Source: an uncultured Planctomycetota bacterium (GTDB lineage: Bacteria > Planctomycetota > Planctomycetia > Isosphaerales > Isosphaeraceae). From it: a stretch of DNA of 64,000 bases. The stretch covers positions 1,632,001 to 1,696,000 of the forward strand of contig CAVTTN010000002.1 of the NCBI GenBank assembly GCA_963737655.1, given 5' to 3'. A program made the translations under genes and the position numbers. This document shows positions 49,773 to 60,178 of this stretch, piece after piece (position 1 is the stretch's first letter; each line of letters begins with the position of its first letter). A model generated the notes under the pieces. It saw only the letters and a program-made list of their open reading frames with translations. It was not told where the DNA came from and searched no databases.

Positions 49773-50135
49773 GTGCCGCGACTCCGATTCACGGTGCGGG
49801 GGATGATGATCACCGTGGCGATCGCGGGGGTAGGCCTCGGCAGCCATCGGATGCACGCGCGTCGGCTCCGTTTCCTGGACCAAGCCCGATCCCATGCGGA
49901 GTCCGAGGCACATTGCGCCTTCATGTGGAGCGAGGTCTCCGCCTACCCGGATTTCCGATGGCCGGGCGACCGGCGACCCCCGAGGCCGCCCGAGAAAGTT
50001 CGCAGCGAGCAAGCGGCCGCGCGATCGTATTATGAGAGGAAGATCGCCCACCACGTCACCATGCGCGCGAAGTACGAGCGCGCCGCCCGCTACCCGTGGC
50101 TCCCCGTCGCGCCCGACTCGCGCGAGCCCAAGTGA
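49773..50135 (+). CDS. Cassette hypothetical protein with N-terminal RFTVRGMMI.VA signal-like motif
   Basis: Follows attC9; ends KYERAARYPWLPVAPD; no attC after it. Confidence 0.65.
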   Translation: MPRLRFTVRGMMITVAIAGVGLGSHRMHARRLRFLDQARSHAESEAHCAFMWSEVSAYPDFRWPGDRRPPRPPEKVRSEQAAARSYYERKIAHHVTMRAKYERAARYPWLPVAPDSREPK

Positions 50136-50148
50136 GGACACGCCATGC

Positions 50149-50650
50149 TGGACTTCCCCGCCGAGGGCGGGCGCCGGGTTACGAGCGTAAGCTCGAACCT
50201 GGAGGCCTTCATGCCGACGATCCGAAGGACGTGCACGCCCGAGTTCAAGGCCGAGGCCGTCAAGCTCGTCACCGAGCAGGGGCGGAGCTTCGTCGAGGTC
50301 TCTCGCGACCTCGACATCGGCGACAGCACGCTGAGGGGCTGGCGGGATGCCATCGCCAAGGACGGCCAGCGGGTCTTCCCGGGGCGGGGCATCCCGCCCG
50401 CCCTGGAGGAGGAACTCCGCCGCCTCCGCGCCGATGTCAAGCGGCTCACGATGGAGCGCGACATCCTGAAAGAAGCGACGGCCTGCTTCGCCGGGGGGTC
50501 GTCATGAGGTACGGCTTCGTCGAGGCCCACCGGGGCGATGGCCGGTCCGGCTCATGTGCCGGGTCCCGCGCGTCTCCCCGGGCGGCTACTACGACTGGCG
50601 GGGAAGGCCGAAGAGGGAAGGGGCACGGAGGCGCGACGACCTGGTCGTCG
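50149..50650 (+). mobile_element. Truncated IS3-family element (orfA 50211-50507 and start of orfB)
   Basis: TGGACTTCCCC end; TPEFKAEAVKLV...LTMERDILKEA; MRYGFVEAHR, MCRV.RVSPGGYYDW. Confidence 0.85.
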
Positions 50651-51604
50651 CCCAAACGCTCCGGGGCGGCGAGACGATCACGTCCCAGTCGTCCGCGAAG
50701 CACCTGCCCAGCCGGTTCCGCGTGACGGCCCAGCAGGGCGCCAGCAACCGGATGCCGAGCTACCGGCTCGAACCCGAGGACGCCCCGACGGCACGACAGA
50801 CCCCGCTCCGTCGGCTCGAAGGACCGACGACGTCTCCGGGGACCAGGGCCGAGGCGGCGCCCGTCCCACCGGCCTCACCGCAGAAGGCTCCGGCCTGGCC
50901 GGAGAGCTTCCTCGCCGAGGCCCAGGCCCTGGCCCGCGACCTGGCGAGCGACCGGCCCGGCCGCCACGGCCTCCAGTTCGTCGTCGAGGAGCTCCAGGAG
51001 GTCGTCAACGACCGGCCCGACGACCTGCTGACGATCCTCCTGGCCGGGTACGTGGCCTCGGTGAAACTCGCCTGCGCGAGCGAACCCGATCGGGCCTACC
51101 GCGGCCACTTCGACGACCTGGCGCGGAAGGCCCTCGACCCGACCCTCCAGAACGTGGCGACGACCGCCCGACCCGGGGGCCTCGGCTCGCTCCTGGGGGC
51201 CGTCACCCGCTGACTCGGCCTCGGCCGCGAGGCCTGACCGGAAGACGAAGCCGTCGCCCGTCCCCACGCCCGACCTCGGCGCGGGCCCTCCCGTCGCACT
51301 CCGCGAGATCGGCCCCTATGGTCCGGCGGGGACGGTCCCCGGCGCCCTGCACGACGATCGTCCCGCCCAGCCGCGGGCGAGCCAGGTCCGCAAGCTCCGC
51401 GCGATCCCGAGGTCGTCAGGGCCTTCCGTCGGACCCCCCTGGAGTTCCTCGCGAACGGGCTTCCTGTCCTCGGCGGACGCGAGTGCGTCCGGAAATCCCG
51501 AACGAGAGGATGTCTTCATGAAGGGAGTCATCGCAAGCCCGAAGGACGGCCCCGCCAACGGGCCGCTGGTCCGAATGGAGCGTCGGGAGCCGGGTGGCGC
51601 GGTC

Positions 51605-54600
51605 GTCTCAATGGGGCCACGGCCTTGGGGCCGTGGATGACGTCAACTTGACGATCTGCTTCAATGGGGCCACGGCCTTGGGGCCGTGGATGACGCGAGT
51701 CAGGCGGTTGAAGTAGCCGGCCGACGATGCGCTTCAATGGGGCCACGGCCTTGGGGCCGTGGATGACTACTCGCCGGAGGGCGCGATGGTGTAGCCGTCC
51801 TCGCTTCAATGGGGCCACGGCCTTGGGGCCGTGGATGACGGGCCGGCGTGGCGTCGATCCGGGCGTGAATCCCCTGGCTTCAATGGGGCCACGGCCTTGG
51901 GGCCGTGGATGACTCCGACGACGACGCGGCGGCGTGGGTCGAGGCCCTGCTTCAATGGGGCCACGGCCTTGGGGCCGTGGATGACAGGATCTGCTGGACG
52001 CCGTGGAGAAGGCGGAGGGGATGCTTCAATGGGGCCACGGCCTTGGGGCCGTGGATGACCAGGTCCTCGACGTGGCCGAGCTGCGGGTCTCCGAGCTTCA
52101 ATGGGGCCACGGCCTTGGGGCCGTGGATGACCCTCCATTGGCCCAAGGGCCGCGGCCCTGAGACCTCGCTTCAATGGGGCCACGGCCTTGGGGCCGTGGA
52201 TGACGTGCCCGAGGTCGATCCGACCGTGGGCGGGCTAGCCGAGCTTCAATGGGGCCACGGCCTTGGGGCCGTGGATGACGGCGTGGGTATTTAGGTGGCC
52301 ATGAATTGGCGAGAAGCTTCAATGGGGCCACGGCCTTGGGGCCGTGGATGACCGCATAAGCCCGCCAGAGGCCGTAATACACGTCATCGCTTCAATGGGG
52401 CCACGGCCTTGGGGCCGTGGATGACGAAGACGATCGCCAAGGGCCGGGGCGTGCATATCAAGCTTCAATGGGGCCACGGCCTTGGGGCCGTGGATGACGT
52501 CAGGACTCCCTGGATCGCCGCCGCGAGCGCCTCGCTTCAATGGGGCCACGGCCTTGGGGCCGTGGATGACGCCTGTCTTGCAGGACCTGCGTGCGTGCAC
52601 GACACGCTTCAATGGGGCCACGGCCTTGGGGCCGTGGATGACTCGGATCGGACGATCGCGACGAGCTGGCGATCGGGACTTCAATGGGGCCACGGCCTTG
52701 GGGCCGTGGATGACGGGACGTAGCCGGTGACGACGTGCATCGACGGCGTGCTTCAATGGGGCCACGGCCTTGGGGCCGTGGATGACTTCCGTTCGCCGCG
52801 TAGAGCGAGCACACCGACTGGTGGCTTCAATGGGGCCACGGCCTTGGGGCCGTGGATGACTCGCCGCCCCGCGGGTCGATGAGGAGGCTGCGGAAGATGC
52901 TTCAATGGGGCCACGGCCTTGGGGCCGTGGATGACACCCTCGGAGTTAACAACGCTCTCAACAGGGGCAACTAGCTTCAATGGGGCCACGGCCTTGGGGC
53001 CGTGGATGACGCCCAGGACGACAAGGGCGTGCTCGTGCGGTTCCTGCTTCAATGGGGCCACGGCCTTGGGGCCGTGGATGACGGCGGCGGTGGCGACCTC
53101 GGCCTGTCTCTCGTCGGGGCTTCAATGGGGCCACGGCCTTGGGGCCGTGGATGACCCGGATGGAGGCGATCGCCGCCAGTGCCAAGGTCGATCGGCTTCA
53201 ATGGGGCCACGGCCTTGGGGCCGTGGATGACGTGTCGGACTCCCGGCCCGAGGCGAAGGGGGCGACGCTTCAATGGGGCCACGGCCTTGGGGCCGTGGAT
53301 GACGAAGCCCTGGTGCATCGCGTCCCGCACCAGCACAACGCGCTTCAATGGGGCCACGGCCTTGGGGCCGTGGATGACATCCTCACGGTGGTCGGCGTCG
53401 GGTTCATGCTCCTGCTTCAATGGGGCCACGGCCTTGGGGCCGTGGATGACGACATCGACAAGCTGCACCGCCTCCGGGGCGTGCTGCTTCAATGGGGCCA
53501 CGGCCTTGGGGCCGTGGATGACCGAACAACGCCCTCGGCAACCTCCGCTGGGACACGCCGCTTCAATGGGGCCACGGCCTTGGGGCCGTGGATGACCCTA
53601 CCAGAAATCCCAGATTGACGTCCGCTACGTCGTGCTTCAATGGGGCCACGGCCTTGGGGCCGTGGATGACGGCCGCCGACCAGGTGCTCTACGGCCCGCT
53701 GGACAAGCTTCAATGGGGCCACGGCCTTGGGGCCGTGGATGACAGGAATCCCCCGGATGGGATGATCGGATAAGCGAAGCTTCAATGGGGCCACGGCCTT
53801 GGGGCCGTGGATGACGCGGCGAGGAAGCCGGGGCCGTGCCGCCGGAGCCAGCTTCAATGGGGCCACGGCCTTGGGGCCGTGGATGACGCCTGGTCGGCCC
53901 GACGGACGGTGACCCGGCCGGAGAGAGCTTCAATGGGGCCACGGCCTTGGGGCCGTGGATGACGACGGCCTCGCCCCGGTGTCGCGGAGGAAGTCGAGGC
54001 TTCAATGGGGCCACGGCCTTGGGGCCGTGGATGACGCCTGCGAGCCGTCGAGCGGGTAATCCCGCGAGCGGCTTCAATGGGGCCACGGCCTTGGGGCCGT
54101 GGATGACCGGGTCCGGGAGCGGATGCAAGCCAACCGGGACCGGCTTCAATGGGGCCACGGCCTTGGGGCCGTGGATGACGCTGGGGGTCAAGTTCACCCG
54201 CCACGCCCCGAACGCGCTTCAATGGGGCCACGGCCTTGGGGCCGTGGATGACCCGTACCGATTGACCGGCCCCTTCTTCGTTATGGCCACGCTCGCCGCT
54301 TCAATGGGGCCACGGCCTTGGGGCCGTGGATGACGTGCTGGCTCGGGCCGATGTCGCCGTAGTTCGACGTGCTTCAATGGGGCCACGGCCTTGGGGCCGT
54401 GGATGACCAAGCAAGCCGAGGCCAATCTGATCGCCCGGGGCGAGCTTCAATGGGGCCACGGCCTTGGGGCCGTGGATGACGGCCGGCAACGCGACGGCGA
54501 GCCTCGGATTTCGCTCGCTTCAATGGGGCCACGGCCTTGGGGCCGTGGATGACCGCCGACCGGGTCGAGGCCTTCGCGGCGACCCTGGCGCTTCAATGGG

Positions 54601-54770
54601 GCCACGGCCTTGGGGCCGTGGATGACGAAGGCTCGGCCGGTCATGATTCGCCCCGGAGCTTGCTTCAATGGGGCCACGGCCTTGGGGCCGTGGATGACCT
54701 CCAATCCGGACTCTCGACGGCCGGGGGGAAGCTGCTTCAATGGGGCCACGGCCTTGGGGCCGTGGAGGAC
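51605..54770 (-). CRISPR. CRISPR array: 44 repeats of 37 bp (GTCATCCACGGCCCCAAGGCCGTGGCCCCATTGAAGC), 43 spacers
   Basis: Repeats counted manually; hairpin CCACGGCC/GGCCGTGG; ATTGAAG 3' end; degenerate terminal repeat and 16-bp spacer at the 51605 end. Confidence 0.98.
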
Positions 54771-55000
54771 TGCTGGCGTCCGAAACACTGCGGGGGTTGA
54801 CCTTTGAGCTCTCTCCGCGAGCGGCTCCGCTTTGGGATCGGTCTTGCAAGTCCGGGCGACTCCGAGCCGATCCGCATGCCCTTCCGGGATCGGGGTTTCC
54901 GGATCGCGAGCGGCCTACTCGCGGAGGTTCGTTCGTAAACCCGAATTGTCAAAGAGATAGGACGCAGGTGAGGCCGAAGGTGCCGATTCACCATCGTCGG
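54771..55000 (-). promoter_or_regulatory. Probable CRISPR leader
   Basis: Non-coding, between csb2 and the array, opposite the degenerate end; CGCGAGCGG occurs twice. Confidence 0.55.
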
Positions 55001-55236
55001 ACTCGCGGATGGGCTGCGCCTCTTGGGATTCGACTCTATTCGATCGCGACCCCGAATCCCAGGATCGTGAGGGAGGTTGTCCGCAGCGGCTCGGCCTCGG
55101 AAGGTCGGAAGGCGTTCGAGGAGGTCGCGAGGATGGACCGATGGCGGGCCGACCGAGAGTCAACCGGGCGGGATGAGCTGGTCACCTCGTCTCGGGTTGT
55201 CCGGATCAGGAACGATCCTTCGGAGTCGGGCCGCGA

Positions 55237-56798
55237 TCATCCTCGGAGGAAGAGGCCGAGGCCGAAGTGGCAGGAATGGCCGAAGGCGATCGGTCCCGGG
55301 ACCGGCTCCGAGAACTCGAGGCGGAAGGCCCCGCGGGGCCTCCGGCCGCCGTCGTCGCCGGTCTTGGACCGGGACAGGCGGAAGTCCAGGGCGCGCCGGC
55401 CGAGGGGGCCGATCCGGTCCAGTCGATGCACCTCCGCCGGCGGGAGCCCTCGGCGTTCGATCTCCTCGCGGAGGACCGCGGAGACGAACTCCTCGAGCCC
55501 GCCCGGCGACCGCGACCACTCCGCCGGGTCGCGTTTCTGGCCGCGACGCTTGAGGTGCCGGGTCACGAGGAACGGGGTCGCGGAGGCCCAGACGTTCGAC
55601 GTCCCGAGCACCGGCGAGGACGAGAATTCGTCGAGGCGCCCCAGGCCGACCAGCCTCAGGGACAGCTCGGAGTCGCCGAACCGGAGCGACCGGAGGGAGT
55701 CGATGGCCCGGGTCGCGACCGAGTCGAGGCCGCCGAGCCCCCCTCCGCGAAGAGGGTGACGTGGTCCAGGCGGCCGTCGCCGTCCTCGTCGGCCGGCAGG
55801 AAGAACGTGGACTGGTGGTCGTTGCGGAGGGGTTGTCCATCGTCACCCTTACCCGAGAAGGCCGGGACGTTCACTCGCGGCTGAGCCTCCCGGGGGATGC
55901 CTGTCTCCCGCTGGACGTCCGCCTGTCGGATTCGCCTGGAGAGGCCCATCAGGTGGCGTCGCAGCTGCTCGGCCAGGGGGAGCGTGAGCGTCGATGAGGG
56001 GAGGGTCGGGCCGTCCAGGAGGTATCTCGCGACGGTGAACCCCTCCGCGGCGGCGAGGGTCGCCGATCTCGGGGAGGACGGGGCCTCGGCGGGTCGCGAG
56101 TAGGTCATCCATCGGGCTCCGGGGACGTGGGGCCAGCGTTCCTTGTGGATCGTCTCGGTGTCGAGGCAGAGGTGCCAGCGGGGGCAGTCGAACAGGAGGT
56201 CCGACGGGGCGAGGCCCTTCCTGATCTTCTTGCGATCGTGGACCGGATAGAAGTCGCTCGCGAAGGCCGAATCGGGGTCGGGGCAGAGGACGGGGACCGT
56301 CTCGCCATCGTCGGTTCGCTTGCAGTTCGGCTCGAATTGGGGGGGATCGACGACCTCGGCGATCACCCAGCTCTCGGCGCGACCGAGTGTTGTGAGGTTC
56401 TGGAGGAGTTCGTCGAGGACGCGACGCTCGCCCTCGGAAAGCCCCGCGTCGGGCCATCGGACACGGAGGGAATCGACGTGCCTGTCGAGGACGACGAAGG
56501 TATCGAAGACGAGCGTCCGGTCGCCCGGCCCTTTCTTCTCCCAGGGGACGTAGTGCCGGGTATGCGCGACCCGGTGGGGGGGCAGGTCGAATTCCGGCGG
56601 TTGGGCGAGGGCCCCGAGGACTCGACGGACCCCGGCCTCGGGGAGTGCCGGGCATTTCCTCTTCCAGGTCGCGACCAGGGCGCGGAGGAGCCTCCAGGGC
56701 GAGGGCGGCCACTCGGCGACGCCCTCGTTGACGTGGCGGCCCCAGGGCGTGGCGTGATAGCGGCCGGCGGGGAACGTGAGCTTCAGGGTGATGGACAT
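55237..56798 (-). CDS. csb2: Type I-G Csb2 (Cas5/Cas6 fusion), frameshift near 55740
   Basis: GRYHATPW..HVNEG..EWPPSPWRLLRAL; DGRLDH; WASATPF; GPIAFGHSCHFGLGLF G-rich loop. Confidence 0.92.
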
Positions 56799-56823
56799 CT
56801 CGGGCCCTCCTCTCCGCTCGCGA

Positions 56824-57861
56824 TCACTTCTTGGGCTTCTTCTCGCCGCCCGACCAGGTCAGCTCGGTCACGGCCGGCTCGGCGAAGAGCGGCTTGCACC
56901 GGGCGATCCGGTCGCGGATCGCCTTCGCCAGGTCCGAGGTGCTCGGCAGGCGGAAGGCTTCGGGCCTCCTGGCGACGAGGGAGCCGTCCTGCGAGGCCGG
57001 CTCCAGGTCGCAGGCCGTTCGGAGCCGGAGCCCCGATTCCAGGAACCGGCGGACCTTCCACAGGGACAGGGCGATCAGGAGGTCTGAGGCGTCGTCCCCC
57101 AGGCCGTAGCCGCGGATCTGGGCGAGGTCCAGCGCGAAGAACGCCGTGATCGTCTCGGCGGTGAACTCCGACCGCGAGAACGGGACGTTGCCGTAGCCCC
57201 CCTTCGCGTCGAGGCCGGCGAGCTTCGGCGCCGGGAGGGCGCGATCGAGCTTTACCCCTCCGCTGTCGGCCCGATTCACGCCTTTCGCCTCGATGAAGGC
57301 GGAGAGGGCCCGGGGATGGCGGAGTCGGCCGGCGATCTTCTCCAGGAAGATCCCGTGGACCAGCGAGTTCGGGTCGTACTTGAAGACGACCTTCGCGAGC
57401 CTCCGGAGATTCACCACGCCGGCCGACTCCGCCCCTTCTCCGTCCTCTCCGACCTTGGCCCCGGGGAGGATCTCCGACCGGAGCACCTCCACGAAGGGCT
57501 TCTTCTCGGGGGTCGTGGCCGAGGTGATGTACGGGGAGTTCAGCCGGTGGAATTCCTGGAGGCTGGTCGTCGTATCCTTCCCGTCGTTCAGGGACGCGAG
57601 CCGGACCCGGACGAAGGGCAGGCCCTTCAGCTCGGGGGCGATGTCGTCGGTCGCGTCGTCCCAGCAAACCGCCTCCAGGCGATTGGCCATCGACTGGGCC
57701 GACTCCACCAGGAGCATGGCCGACTCTTCCGGGCCGGAGTACAGGGCGGGGCCGAGGTCGGGGAACCCGGTGGGCTGGAACCTCGTCCCGAGGACGGGCT
57801 TCAGGGGCACTTCGAGGAGGATTCGAGACTCTCGGGCCAGGGCGGAGAAATCGACGGGCAT
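56824..57861 (-). CDS. csb1: Type I-G Csb1 (Cas7)
   Basis: RFQPTGFPDLG, LLVESAQSMANRLE, HRLNSPY, YDPNSLVHG, GYGNVPF, GLRLRTACDL. Confidence 0.92.
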   Translation of the reverse strand: MPVDFSALARESRILLEVPLKPVLGTRFQPTGFPDLGPALYSGPEESAMLLVESAQSMANRLEAVCWDDATDDIAPELKGLPFVRVRLASLNDGKDTTTSLQEFHRLNSPYITSATTPEKKPFVEVLRSEILPGAKVGEDGEGAESAGVVNLRRLAKVVFKYDPNSLVHGIFLEKIAGRLRHPRALSAFIEAKGVNRADSGGVKLDRALPAPKLAGLDAKGGYGNVPFSRSEFTAETITAFFALDLAQIRGYGLGDDASDLLIALSLWKVRRFLESGLRLRTACDLEPASQDGSLVARRPEAFRLPSTSDLAKAIRDRIARCKPLFAEPAVTELTWSGGEKKPKK

Positions 57862-60178
57862 GGGGCGCTCCGAGGCTGAGGGGGCGTCAGATCGAGGGGC
57901 TCCGGCGGCGCCAGGGCCTTCCTGGCGAGCGAGGTCAGCGACGAGGCGGACAGCGGGAAGAGGCAGGCGGCGAGCAGGCGGGCGGGGTCGAGCCCCTGTT
58001 CGCTCGCGACCGAGGCGCGGCGCCTCTGGCGGTTCCTCCAGCCGAACGGGACGAGTCCATCGCTCGCGAGCCGATGCTCGGCCGAGTTGATGGCCCCGGG
58101 GAGGTCGCCCTTTGCCAGCAGGTGGAACGGGAATGCAGTGGGCGTCGTCGCCTTCGCCCCGTTGCGGGAGGCGGCGACGGTCCAGTGTTTCTCGTCCCCG
58201 TCCGGCCCGGTCGCGTCGAGCGCCACTCGATGGACCACCAGCCTCAGCAGGGCGAAGGGGGCCGGGACCAGGCACCGGGGGGCCTTCCAGGGCCGTCCCC
58301 CGGATTTCAGGCCGATCAGGCCCCAGAGGAGGTCGGACAGGAGTTCGTCGTCGGTCCCTCCGCGGAGGAAGGTCACGACGTCGGCCAGGGAGGCGGTGAC
58401 GACCGGCCGCTTCTGGTCCCGGCGGGCCCGATTCCGGGTCTCGTCGGCCTTCTCGGTGTTCGATTCGCGCTCCTCGGCGAACGGGTCCAGCCCGCCCTCC
58501 GCGCCAGCCCTCTCGGCCTCCATCCACCGGCGGAGGAACGCGGCGGAGAGGTTCTCGACGAGGGGCCGATCGGACCAGACGGCCGAATGGCCCCCCGGGG
58601 ACCATTTGACCCTCCGTCCCTTGGACTCGACGGGCTCCATGTGCGAGCGGAAGGGTCCGATCCGGCCCCCCTTCGCCGGGGGGATCGAGGCCAACGAGGC
58701 GGCCAGGCGGAACTCGACGCACCCCGGCCCGTCCCCCTGGCCGACCTCCAACCATCGGGGGCTCAGCCCTTGAAGCGGGCGGATCGACTTCTCCGAGCAG
58801 AATTTCACGCCCCGGGACAGGGTCTCCTCGGCCCGGCCGAGGGCCGCCATGACCCCCCTCAGGGCCGAGGCGTCCGAAGCCTCGTCCGTCTGGGAACGGA
58901 CCGCGAAGCCGAACAGGGCGCGGTCGATGCCCTTCAGCGCCGAATCGTACCGGGCCGGGGTCTTGGACTTGTCGCGACAGGCCGAGCGCAAGCGATCGAG
59001 CCAGGACGTCAGGGCCGGGTCGGCAAGGAGGCGTGCTTGCGGATGGGGCTCGACTCGGATCCGGCCCAGCGGCGTGGCGAGGAAGGCGAGGCCGTTTCGC
59101 TTGAGGAACCCGTATCGGACGAAGGAGGTCACTCCCCGGTCGAGTCCCAGCAGATTGACCGCCAGCGCGAACTCCACGGCGTTCCTCGCCTGCCGTCGGC
59201 CGAACTGGGCCCGGCCCTCGCCGAATAACTGGACGATCTCGGGGAGCGTCGCGGCGGAGTCCCAGATCGGCAGCCAGAGCTCGCGTCTCGACGCCTCGGT
59301 GGTCTCCTCGGAGCCGACCGCCGATCCATAGCCCACGGCGACCGACTGGACCGTGAATGGAAAGACGGCACGCTCTCGCGAATCGACCCCGAGGCGACGG
59401 GCGAGGGAGCCGGCGAAGAGGAGGGCCCCTCGATCATCAAGACGAAGTCCCAGGGGTTCACCCGCGAACCGGCCTCGAAGCCGCCCTGGACCCCGTTGGG
59501 CCCGCCGATCCCTCCGGGATGGAACTGACCGACCGCCGAGCGGGCCAGGGGCGTCAGGCCCTCCTCGAAGAGAGACCCCATGAGCCAGCCTCGCGAGATG
59601 GCCGTTGCGGGCGCGGTTTCAACGAGAGGGACGACTTCAGCGATCCTCTGCATGAAATTGTTCGTGAATTCCAGGCGGCCATCGTTCCCTCCCGTCCCGA
59701 GGAGCGGGAAGAAATCCGGACCGTCTTCCCCGAGTGTGTAGCAGCAATCCAGCCAGGGGACGAGCTGATCGGGAAGCTCGGCCCGGCAGAGGGAGAGCAA
59801 ACGAGCCTTCTCCTCATCCTTCGGGGCCGTCCTGGGCACGAGGTCTCGCGTCCTTGCGATGGCCTCTCGATAGGGCGCGAGGCGGACGGACGTCGATCCC
59901 GAGAGGGCCTCCAGAGGCTCGGCCCCTCCCCCATAGAACCCGCTCCCGGCGTTCCAGGGGGCCAGGATCGGAGTCGGCCGGTAGTGGTTCAGGAAGAAAT
60001 CGATCAGCCCTTCGCGGTCGAGCCGACTCTTCAAAGTCAGGGCATTGCCCGACCAGGAGGCGCGGGCTTCGGGGTCCCCTCGGGCCTCGTCCTCGGCCAC
60101 GAGGCGGAGGATTCCCAGGGCCTTCAGGTAGCTCATCAGGGGCTCGGGCGTGCATCCCTCGAGGGTGATCTCAGGCAT
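57801..60178 (-). CDS. csx17: Type I-G large subunit Cas8g (Csx17), frameshift near 59425
   Basis: LEGCTPEPLMSYLKALG, PWNAGSGF, LLGTGGNDGRLEF, NPWDFVLMIEG, ELWLPIW, RYGFLKRNG. Confidence 0.9.

Larger units (their letters stand above)
40907..50135 (+). mobile_element. Integron gene-cassette array: 9 attC sites, 10 cassettes, no integrase in window (CALIN-like)
   Basis: attC-type elements TAAC..GC(T/G)GCAGCGGAC...GTCCGCTGAGC..GTTAGGC at 41484-41579, 41810-41909, 42141-42240, 42472-42571, 45337-45435, 46089-46184, 47245-47341, 48137-48232, 49647-49743; single co-oriented ORFs between several of them. Confidence 0.9.

Noticed and set aside
50650..51213. Downstream part of ORF 50554-51213 as IS3 orfB
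   Set aside because: No DDE motifs; appears to be an unrelated gene remnant joined to the IS3 fragment
51528..54849. ORFs overlapping the CRISPR array
   Set aside because: Artefacts of translating repeats
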